A stretch of DNA of 64,000 nt from Catajapyx aquilonaris. Taxonomy: Eukaryota. The stretch lies in NCBI GenBank assembly GCA_000934665.2, contig KZ538442.1:1-64000 (forward strand), read 5' to 3'. Shown here piece by piece: positions 52,901 through 64,000 of the stretch. The translations under genes and the position numbers were made by a program. Each line of letters begins with the position of its first letter. Position 1 is the stretch's first letter. The notes under the pieces are model-generated. The model was not told where the DNA came from. It saw only the letters and a list, made by a program, of their open reading frames with translations, and did no database searches.

Positions 52901-55900
52901 TCATACGTTACAAAAACGGTGCGTTTCTCTAGTCCTCTATTGTTGAGTAGGTGCAGAGGCGAATTGCCTTCAAAGATAGCCACAAAAGTTAGCTACCTTA
53001 AAAGTACACGCAACTCATTTCACCGACACGCAATAAAATCCAACGCAATTTTACAGCGCACTTGACGCAAACTGCTGCAGCACAGGTTGACACGACATCT
53101 GAGGGATTTCAAAATGAATGCTGTCCTCTATCCCTCTGTACTGTTTTTTTGTGATGGAAGGTATCATAAGCACTCCTTTGGTTTCTTGGATGTCGGACAC
53201 GAGGGAGACATCCCCCCCACAAAGCTCAGCCGCTTACTTTCGAGGGATCAAAGTGGTGCAGTCGCGACTCATCTACGGTGATGATGTTTTCATGTTCGCC
53301 GAATGTGCCGGAGTAGCAGCAGGTTTTCGGCGCCGCCTGCTGCTGCTCATTGCCACGGTTGCCATGGGAAAGGGGGATGCTGCTGAAGTCTGCTTCTATC
53401 CCTCGATATACCAAGGCCCACTTTACTCTCGAGCACGTTTCGTCCACTTGTATGCATCATGGCACGATTAGCAGGAAGATTCATCCAGGGTGTTTATGGC
53501 CGGCCCGACATTCCTCCCTAGATGGGTTTTAATAGTAGATAGTAGTAATGATAATAATGATGATGATAATAATATTAATAATAATAATATCTGGCCCAAG
53601 AGCAGATTTTGGCTGCAAGCTGGGATTGATCGAGTGCTTTAGGATTTGATGAGGATTTTCTTGCTAATGGCAAATATTGGTTTTAAAATACCGGTGCATA
53701 TTGATTATTCCCTGGATTAGTGCTTCGGTCCGAGTGCGTTTCGAAACATTACCATTATTGAGAATTGAGCAAACACTAATTCTGGTGAATCAAGGGCGTA
53801 CGATGGCAAAAAAGGAGGGAAAGGTAAAAGCTTGTGCAAACGTTTGGCTTAAACAGTGTAAGAGGGCTGTCCCGCCAGCTCCTTTTTTTTTATCCAGTCG
53901 TGAAAGGTGGAATATGGCTTCATTTACTGCACAGGTAGTCCTAATAACACAGCTTAGTGAATAGGTTACTTTCAGATATATGAGAGCAAAGGCATAACAG
54001 AGACTATAGTGACAAAAGAAAGGTAAAGAGAGTTGAAAAGTGGCCCTCCATTTATCGGATCAGTGCTGTCAACTCTGATGGCATTTTCCTCCTCTCTGCA
54101 CCATTGACGGCACATGTTATTATCGCCGTTTTGGAAACTAACGCTACACACATGGGACTTTTTGACAGAAAAAATGCGGGAATCGCCTGTAGCGAATTAT
54201 ATAGCCAAATGCACGAATACATTATTATTGCATAGGAGGCTATTGCATGCACGAATATTGTACTAGTGCTACCAAAATTTGTAATCAGCGTGTGGATGAA
54301 ATGAAATGATTAGAGTGCAGGCGAGCTAAATACCGGAGATATTACGGGCTGACCACGCAATCCGTTGATAATAATCCTGCCTTCTTTCCAGCTCTCTCTC
54401 TCTCTCTCTGTGCCCTCTCTCTGATATGTATTTTTTTCCCCAGCTAGGCTCTATGTTCCAGAGTCCCCTTTATCTATCCCGCCCCATCCCACCCGCCCGC
54501 CCACTCTTTCCCTTTTGGTCTCTTTGTACCTGCACCGCTTCTCTTTCACTTCCTCTTCTATCTCTCGCTTTCTCTATTGGCTCTGTGCCAACTCTCCCGA
54601 TCAATATTGACAGTCCATATCCGGCGTTGCCAAAAATATCCCCACCCCATCAGCATCCCTCATATCGTGACGTCACGAGGGAGATTTAAATAATGGTGTC
54701 TACAGCTCCTGGGTATTTCCCGACTCTAACGTGTACTCATCATGAGGTATGACCAAATCGACAGGTTTTTGAGTTGGTGTATGTAACAATGATGTTTACA
54801 GTTAGTTGACTAGGTCGGCACGATGTGTTAACACTTTACAGGCGTAATTGCTAACTGTATTACATATGGACAGTATCGCACTTTGGCAGTTGGCAGGATA
54901 TAATTAGAATATCTGTCGCTAATTGTTGCCTTCGGTTCAGTCTGTGCCTTGCCAGATCATTCTGGTCATTAGTGGCGTGCACGATAAAAAAAACAAACTC
55001 TGGGCCCTGAGGCAATGCTGCGCGGTGAAGGACTAATTTATTCCATGCCTGCTCACCCAAAACCGCTAAAGTTTCATTACAAAACGAAGTAACGAACCGA
55101 GGTCTGAGTTGGGGGTATGTAGAAGCGTGCTTTTGCCGCTAAGTTTACACGGGATCGGAGAAAATCACCGAAAGAGCCAACGTAGGTCGTTCTAGTCAAT
55201 CTATAGCATCTGAGTGTGACGAAAACAGCCGTTTAAAAAAAATGGTGGGATGGATGATGACATGCATGTGAAAGAATGTGAACTTTCTAATGGAGGTAGG
55301 CTATTAGCGTGTGTACAATATGGAGAGGGGTGAAACTTTTCTTCCAGGGCATCGCACCCATCGTGATACTTACAAGTTAGTCCTACTGTAGGTAGAGGAC
55401 CATCTTTCTCCGAAACTTCAGGCCAAGGTTGTCGACTAAAGCTAAGATTAATTATTACTTAGCATCCGTGTGATGGACGGAGCAGCATATACAGAATTAT
55501 TTAGTAAAGGGATTTACCAGCTGCCTTCTGAGCTTGCTCATATAGGGATTTTAAGGCAAATACGTGCTTTAGTAACTGTCACTATACTGTAACACGTGAG
55601 CGGCACTCAAGGCTGAAGTTTTCTCTGCAATGGCGCAAGTACATACTCCAGCTGTTGTACAGGTACACATACTCTAATTAAAATTAAAGAATAATCACCG
55701 AGACATTTCCCTACAAGAGAGGGATCCAATACTAAAATGGGTCAAGTTCCCACAAATTATAATTATCCGTGAAACGATCTTTCAATTACAGTGCAAAAAG
55801 TTTCCCCCCCAAAGGCATGCTGAACTTATAGCCGTGCAGGAATATTGAATATCATTTAAAAACAAACTGTACCGTCAGTAATATAAAAATGTAAAAATAT

Positions 55901-58900
55901 ATGTTGGATATTTATCAAGGGGTTAACCACTCCGGTGTACACCTGCAGTGTCACTCCCAGGTACTCTTTAGGTACCTTACTCTTTGGTACTCCTTGGTAC
56001 TCCTTGAATTTGATACTCAGTGGACACTTTACAGTGGAGTTGATTTTTATATTGGCTATTTTATTAATATTTATTTGATATTTTCACACCCCGCCCCGGA
56101 TGGTGGAGGCCCACTGTACTTACTGTACTTGTATTTTTGTGTAGTATTTTTAAAAACTTTTATTAATATTACAATAGCAGCCTTTTTCACAATTTACTGT
56201 ACGCGGGGCATTTAAATTGTTAAAAATAGCGATGCAGCATGTAGGACGTTCACCACTGACATTAGCTTCTGATGCCTTTCCTTGTCCCACGCAGACTTTT
56301 CATGTCATGCCGTATTTGTGTATGCAAGGTGTGGGCGAATGTGGGTGTAGTGATAGCTCAGAAATGTTATAGTTCATAGCCCCAAAAGCAGATGACCTTT
56401 CTGACCCCAAGCCATTTTCGGGGATTCATTTCTTATTGACCATCATGTGCGGAATAACGTGTTGTCTTGCGTCACGTATCAGAGATTGATTTCGATATCC
56501 CCTGAAACCGTTCTTGGGGAATATCATCATGGGGCAAAACCATGGCGTCCTCCGGAAGTAGCTACTGTAGATGCCTGAAAGCGAGTTAATAATATTGAAG
56601 CTTGTCTTTTAAAATCTACTAAATACATGTTTCACGCTAGTTCTAATTAGGCCCACCGGCAGCTTCTCGGAAGGTTCCATCAATTTAATGAAGAATCAAC
56701 TGGATCGTACACTGCCCAAGTCTCCAATCAAAGTTTTTTCTTCGATTTTTCTCTGTGGTTGGAAATTTGGGCCATTATGGAAAAGAAGCCTCATTTTAAA
56801 TATTGACGACTATACATAAAGGAACGTTTTTATTTTTTAACACATAGTACGGTTTAACCAAATGACAAAAAGTCACAAGTCATTATCTTTATTAATAACA
56901 TTTAATTGGAAACTGAATAGCCATTGTGTAGCAGGTCAAAATCGATGAAGTGGCTCAAATGATGTCAACTTTTCTGTCGAATAATTTTTATCCTCGTACA
57001 AATCTATTACTTGATCTCTGGGCATGCCTGAAGGAATCTGATGTTTTGATGATTTTGTCCTTTGGGGATTCCCCAGAAAAAAAGCAGTGTCATTTTCTCG
57101 ACTTTTGGTTCTGGACTATACGCACAAACACCTTTCATTTCTCACCTGATTGCTATGCAATGTGACATATCGGTTTTTGGGGGACCTGAGTAAACTTCCT
57201 TCTCAGCCCAGCCCCATGGCATAACTCTTTGGTAAGGTGTTCCTATATGCTGGTGTCTGACAAAGTGTCACCTCTACTAGACACCATCCCCAGGATCACG
57301 TCATCCAATTTGAAGTGCTAACAAATGGCGTCGACATGATAGCCCAAGTTTTCTGGAGTGCAAATTCCGGGTGCTGGGTATTCTGTCCCTTGGCCGAGAG
57401 AGGCCTAAGCATTGGATGGCACCCTGGACATAAAAGTAATGGCAAAAAATGAGGTCGGAGAGATGGAGTCATCAGTCAGTGCGGAATGGGAGGCGATTTG
57501 GCGGCAGCTGCGTGGTGGCGCTGGCGTCGGCTGCCTCTGACGGCTCATTCATTTCAGACTTCTTTTTCTTTTCTTCTTTTTTTTCTCCTCTATTCCTTCC
57601 TCCCTGCTCCTTCCCCCTACTCTCTTTTGCGGCAGCCCCGGAATTTCTAGGCCCTGTATCGACCACGTGCCTGTCTTTTCCCCCCCTCCCTTTATTTCCA
57701 ACCCCCCCTTCTCGATTCGATAAATCCTCACGCACAGATTGCCACTTGGGAAATGTACCACACTTTGCTGAACGGTTTGCTCATAGTGGGCCTCTCTCTC
57801 TCTCTCTCCCCCTAGGTTTTTTTCTCTTATTTTTTTTCGTCTATCGCTGCCATTTACTTCTGGCGGGGGAACCATGGCATGCTCAGGGAACTTGATGTGC
57901 ATATATAAGAGGAGCTGTGGAATTTGCACGGGGATGGTGGGGTAACTGGATCAAGGGCAACTGCGGAGGATTTTTTATTTTATTTTTAATGGTGGAGGGT
58001 TATAGGGTGGTGCATTGCCGAGTCACATGTTCAATGCGGATATGTGCCAAATTCATTGTTGCTTTTAATATTTTGGAGTAGCCCAAACGAATCATACCAT
58101 CTCTTAAACAGGGCACCAACCTGTACAGCAGAAAATAATTCGCAACACATTTTTAAACAGCATATATTTTGTAAGCAGGAAAAATGTGTTTTAGAGTGGA
58201 CATTTTCAAAAGGGTAAATATGCATAGCATGTGAGTTAAATAATGAATGGATAACTCGGGAGTATGTGCGGTGTTGGTTTTTAAAGCTCCTTCCGGTGCT
58301 GATGAATAGTGAAAAAGATAGCGCGAAATAGAACGTTGTGACCGTATACTAAGTAATGCAGTGCTTCCTCCGTACGTACTCTTTAATATGCGCATATTTC
58401 CAGTACGTTTTATCAGAAAATTTTGAAGTTATAGTCTGAGGAACATTTTCTGAAAGTACAGTGTAGCATGCATTAGTTATGTCGAAGAGCCTTTGCCATA
58501 CCAAATCGAAAAGTCAGCACGACTACCGCAAAATGTAACGCAATTTTAAGCTGTCACATTCCATTAAGATTGGCGCGGTGATAGAGTCGCACATGCAAAA
58601 CTTGGCCAGGTTTCATTCCTTGCCTGGTGCCTTGTTAATACTTTGTCCCACTTTAGTAACGATTAGAAGCCAGTTCAATTAAGAGGAAAGAAATGCAAAA
58701 AAAAGGTTCCAAATGTGTACACAAGATTTTCTTTCAGTATTACATAATGAAGAAAATGATACAACTTTGTAACTTCATCCGGTGTGGGCAAATGAAGAAG
58801 AAACATACTCTCTTTGTGGCTTACGTTATTTCTTCTATTTCTGCCGAAAAGAGCAGTGATGACGGCTTTTTATTTTGATCCGTGGCATCCAATTTTGTGA

Positions 58901-59524
58901 AAATTGCTTTAAAATAAAAGCACATATCCGTATAGTAAGTCGATGTACGGCCATCTCATGATAGGGTCATTTCTGAGGCCCACGAAAGTTTTTAGCAGCC
59001 AATTTCAGGTCGTAAAACCAGGCTTAGAGGGAGGCAGACAAGCATAATTTGTACTTGTACAACATATTTTGTCATATCATGCTTTCTATACAGGGCTTCT
59101 GCAGAAGCCTGTGTATTGAGCCAGAATGTGCTACAGTTACATGGCATTTACAAAAAAATTACAAATAAAAATATTTCAGTGTTTTTTCAGATTACAAATG
59201 GAGCAATATATTCGCACTGCTGTAGTGCATCTGCAAATTTTAGTGACGTACGTTAATAAATTGTTATGATGTGTTTGATTGTATACTGAACTGTGTCACT
59301 CTCGCTGCTCATTGTGATCATACAAAAGGTTTTGTTTAATGGAAGGGCTGTCCGCATTTTCCAACATAAAACAAATATGATTTTTGACTTTTTGATTTAA
59401 TAAGTAATAAATCAATGTTCATCATTGCAAATACGTAGTTGAGACCATTTTAGTATTCTCCATAATGTTGGATTTCAGACATTCCAGTGAGGTGCAGTTG
59501 GACGTATTGGTTTTTATTTATAAC

Positions 59525-60288
59525 TAGAGAACGGATTTCTAGGTTTTTACCTACTTTTTCTTTTGTAGGCAGAACACCGGAACCAAAATATCTATCCGTT
59601 TCATAACACAAGGACCTCAAAAATCGCAGTTTTATCCTCCTGACGCCCAGCGTACAGCCCTCTAGCCATTGGGTTTTAAAATTTAAAAAAAAAATTTAAA
59701 ATTTAAAAAATATTTTAAAAAATATTCTGGGCTTCAGGAGGTTATAGAACCTAAAAATGCCTATTTCGGGTGTTGGGACCTAAATGGCCCATTAGCACCT
59801 ATTAGTGCCTATTTCGACCTTTTTCACGCCATTCGGTAAGATTTTCGAGAGTTCTGCAGGTTTTCCGTTCAAGGAATCCCTTCACTTCAACCTGTGACAA
59901 GCGAAGAAGCGGTTGATCGGAAAGATCCCGCGTAATATGCCGTTAACAGCCATTGCGAGTCGAAATAACTGTTATTAATAGCCGTTAAATAAGCTGCTAC
60001 ATTCGGCCCGACGGATTTTCTATCGGCCATATCGGCTCCCCGTGAGGGAGCATCTTAACTGTCGCCGAATAACTGCGATTAGCCAACGAAAATATGTAAT
60101 AACTGCTAGCTCGTTACTGTGCTGCAAAATTCCATGGCCAGGAGTAGGCTGTAAATATGTGTAGAAATTAAAATAAATTAGAACCAGCTTGATTTATAGT
60201 GCCTATTTAAGAGCCTATTTTGACTGTTTTCAGGGCCTAAATGCCTACCTATTTGAGGGTTTTTCAGAACCTAGAAATCCGTTCTCTA
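59525..60288. mobile_element. Non-autonomous hAT-type element, 764 bp
   Basis: 21-bp perfect TIR TAGAGAACGGATTTCTAGGTT / AACCTAGAAATCCGTTCTCTA; perfect 8-bp TSD TTTATAAC (59517-59524, 60289-60296); several internal GCCTATTT motifs. Confidence 0.92.
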
Positions 60289-61610
60289 TTTATAACCTAT
60301 GTAGGCTACCATGTAGAACTCATAATGACAGTTTTAACCTCGTTGAAAAGCATTTTTTTAATACGAAGAAAGACCTTCTGGCTGCATTGTGGTAGAGAGG
60401 GAAAATAGGAGTTGCTCTACTGTTTGTATGCCTGTGTATGTAAAATGAGCCGAGTTTAGCGAGTGCATTATTAATGAGAAGAAAATTATTTAAAAAGTGT
60501 ACTATTTCACAGTATAATTATGCCCGTCCTCGTAACCTACATTGTTCGCATTTTTGGTTAAGAAAGTATTTCACTACCTTTCTTCCTCGGGTAAGTTTCA
60601 GTGAATGGACCCTGACTTGAAAATAATAATTAGTGTTTCCATAGGGAAGCCCCTTCCCCAGCACAGTACTATCTTACGAAGACGAAATAGACCAGTAAAA
60701 GGCAGTTCGTCCTTGCATCTGAACTTTTAAAAATGTTTTCTCCCACTCTAAAGAATGTGTACCTTTGCCTTCCAGCGTTTCCTTCATTTACAAAGTTTCC
60801 AGACAGTCATTAAAAATCTATAGCGCATGCTGTGCATAAAATAGTAGCCTATTTGGCGAATCTCTTGAGAAAAACAAGCACTGTTACATGTAAACTCTTC
60901 TTTTGTTTCAGGTAAGATAGAGTTTCATGTCTACTTGGCAACCTCGCCGCAAGGTAAATGATGCTCTCTAGCCGGCCAACCGGTAAGTGAGATTAAATAC
61001 GTTAGGCGACCTAGTGGACTTTAAATTGACGCAAACGTAATGAGCGGTTTTTGCCCCCCCTAAACCAACGGCTACTATTTTTTTTATCTAAGCCTGGATA
61101 ACTTCACACCAGGGGGAAAAATGGGTTGAGAGTAAGGTCCAGCAGCCTGGTAGAAATTAATCAGTTTCAAGGAAGTTTAATGTTCTGGAGAATGATCAAT
61201 CTAAGATCCCTTTCGCTCCCATAACTATATAGGGCGGTAGATCACTCACTGTTATAGGAAAACCGCCATTCGCAAATGTATTTCAATGTTTGATCATCAT
61301 ATAGTTGTAATGCGGATTTATTAGAACACCTAAAGAGTTATGAGCTCATTTGCACGTTTATCCACTCAGTTACGTAATTTACGTCGCGTCGTAAACCACA
61401 TCATTATTTCCAATTTCCCTACCCGCCGCATAATTGATTAAGCATAGGCCTACTTTATTCAAATTGCAGGAATTCCCTCCCCCTGCTGCTAACAAATAAT
61501 AAAAAATGCGCATTGCTAATAATTTACCGGCAGTAATACCTCCAACTTACGCCTGTATTTCGGAGCCGTGGCGTATAAGGCTTATAAGCAGGGGGGGGGG
61601 GGAAGGGGGG

Positions 61611-61817
61611 NNNNNNNNNNNNNNNNNNNNNNNNNNNNNNNNNNNNNNNNNNNNNNNNNNNNNNNNNNNNNNNNNNNNNNNNNNNNNNNNNNNNNNNNNN
61701 NNNNNNNNNNNNNNNNNNNNNNNNNNNNNNNNNNNNNNNNNNNNNNNNNNNNNNNNNNNNNNNNNNNNNNNNNNNNNNNNNNNNNNNNNNNNNNNNNNNN
61801 NNNNNNNNNNNNNNNNN
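61611..61817. other. Assembly gap (Ns) flanked by poly-G; smaller gaps at 16866-16881, 37951-37976 and 42619-42622
   Basis: N runs, mostly adjacent to G or C homopolymers. Confidence 1.
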
Positions 61818-64000
61818 GGGAAGGGGGGGGGGGGGGGCTCCAAATGCACCGCCGGGCTGGAAATATTTACGAGAACAGCCAGGGTTCTGTGGGGAGTAAG
61901 CAAACTAGAGCCCATGTCGTATGAGATATTGTTCACTATTGCTACGAATAATTTGGTGTATGAGAATAGTCGAGCAGCTGTTATATATTGAGTCAGTATC
62001 ATACACAGTCCTACTGTACATACATACATTTAATATTGTAACGCATGTTAAGTGTTTGATAGTGAGAAATGGGCAATAAAACAATAATTTCATTAACGAT
62101 TTACGTAATAATAAAATAACACACATCAAATTGTTAAAAACATAATAATACATAAGATGATGTATTAATCAAATTCACCAAAAACTGACAGCGGAAGGCG
62201 AAAAAATATAAACCCCCAAATTACTAACTGCAACATTAATGCGACACTTAAAAAACGTGAAGTGCGGCCCATGCACGAAAAAAATGTTGAAATTCGGTGT
62301 TGTAATCTCTAAAATTGCGGTATGTGTTTTTTTTTTGAAAGTGGGTCACAGTAAATCTCCTCAGGTCATATTGTCATTGATTATGACCCGCGGGAAGTCC
62401 ATACTCGGCAGCGGCTCTGCTGCGGGGNGGGGGGGGGCGCTGTTCTATCTATCATTGACGGAAATAATGCTGAAGAATTATGGCAATGTAGGATCGGACG
62501 GACCTATATTGAGCAGATTTTTACAGCGATTATAGATGTAATACGATTATAGTTCAGTGGCATATATAGATTATTCGGCTGAACCTAACGGATTGGGCCT
62601 AAAGTTTGCCTTTCAGTCTCGGGTTCGGAGAGTCTAACCAAAATAGTGATAATTTTTTTAAACTCCACGATAATACTCTACATAAGCTATTTTAAAGCTT
62701 AATTTTGTGCTATTTTTTGACTTGAACTATGAGCATTTGCGTCCATTTCAGAAATTATGCCAAGGAAGGCCTACATTAAAATTGATTGAATATTCTGTGA
62801 AAAAACTTTCGGATATGTGCACGATAAACCGATTTTGACTCGGATTTTGAGCTGTATGTTTTTTTTACTTTTGGGTCGTAATCATCCGGACATCCTCTAT
62901 ATCCTGGCATGCTGTGCTATCATCCGATGAATCAAGCAGGAGATTGCCTCCTCATTTATTGAAAACGACACAATCGCTACGTAGCTGGCATTAAATCCAA
63001 ATCCATTACCCCTGTACGTTTTAAGTCTTGCTCATTAATATTTGATACGCTTATAGCCATGCTGATAACAACAGAACATGCCCCACAGCCATTAATCCTC
63101 ATATCATTTATTTTTTGTGACGCAGATAATACGCTACATAGCAGTTGCTTTCGACTAATACTGGATCACAGCTAAAAAAGCCAATAAATTTATGAGCTTG
63201 CTTTTCCTTGCTTGAACTTTTCACCAGTTGAAAATCCTGCTGATTCTGTGGCTTGTACCGGAGGAGCGCACTCAATACATTACGCATACGGGAATCTACC
63301 TCCGGAAAGGTCGGGGAATCCCCGCTGCAATGTTCCCGGATGGCAGCATTATTTTGTCGGATCGTTTTCCCGCCTCTGCGGAATTCCGGAGGGGGGGGGG
63401 GCTAAAAAACACAGAGGGGGGTAGGGTTTGTGTGGGAGTCATCTGGCAGATGGCATAGAGTGTGCTTTGCCTCTATCTCGACTGGAGGAGGAAGGGGGAG
63501 AGGATGGGGGGGGGGGAGCACAACGCGTTCAATTAAACCCGGGCCCCCCGCTCTGCATTATCTTGAGTTCCCAATTAAGTGGGCCGACTTCCACGGCCGA
63601 AAACTTCCAATTCCCGGAGTGTTAAAAGAGGACTCGTGACCGTTCCGTGCAGAGCCAAATTGAGTCGCGTCCGACTTTTCGCCGCACTCTTATTTCACCC
63701 TTGTTTCTAATTACGACTCGGAGACCTGGGAGCTCACACCTCGCGACAAAAGATTTTGCCACCCAAGGATTGAAAAAAAAAAAGAAGCTCGGTTCATGAA
63801 CTCAGGACGAGGCTTGAATGTCAAGGAGTCACTGCAGTGTATTACTTCTCAGTAATTTGCTTTAAGGTGTCAAATTACTCTTTTTGTTCAAGTTGGGTTC
63901 ATTGAATGAATTTTGCGACTGTGTTTATTCCAGATAAGCACATAATTCACCAGTGATATACTTTGCATAGCTTAGATACACAGACATTAATAGAAAAACT

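Noticed and set aside
55920..56045. Short GGTACTC(C/T)TT repeats
   Set aside because: Irregular units without spacers; not CRISPR-like, probably a degraded repeat, and ends cannot be defined.
28400..64000. Numerous 60-160 aa ORFs in the track, and conserved miRNA or snRNA sequences
   Set aside because: ORFs lack domain motifs and consistent splice sites, and many are microsatellite or gap translations. I recognised no known miRNA or snRNA by eye, though a covariance-model search could still find some.

Overview
Eukaryotic (invertebrate, probably arthropod) genomic DNA from a gapped assembly. The first ~28 kb is gene-dense with short GT-AG introns. It holds the end of a tandem 5S rRNA unit plus a truncated 5S copy, the 3' part of DNAAF4/DYX1C1 (+), a convergent PHYH (-), and a serpin with long S/T/P-rich extensions (-). 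It also holds a 3-exon secreted single-Ig-domain gene that the ORF track splits (-), tRNA-Leu(CAG) (-), and an 11-coding-exon, 834-aa UBE2Q-like E2-fold gene whose catalytic Cys position appears to be Ser (+). Several non-autonomous inverted-repeat DNA transposons are present (piggyBac-type with TTAA, hAT-type with 8-bp TSD, Harbinger-like, and a 1.07-kb foldback with 3-bp TSD). From ~28.3 kb to the end I found no credible coding gene, only a decayed Ty3/gypsy-like fragment, hairpins and palindromes, candidate cis-regulatory clusters and a candidate recursive-splice point. All exon models were read by eye from splice consensus and frame continuity; family names come from remembered motifs, not database searches. 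Best leads: the probable pseudo-E2, the Ig protein with a furin-like site in an apparent insertion, the serpin Lys/Asp reactive centre, and the AG|GT recursive-splice candidates.
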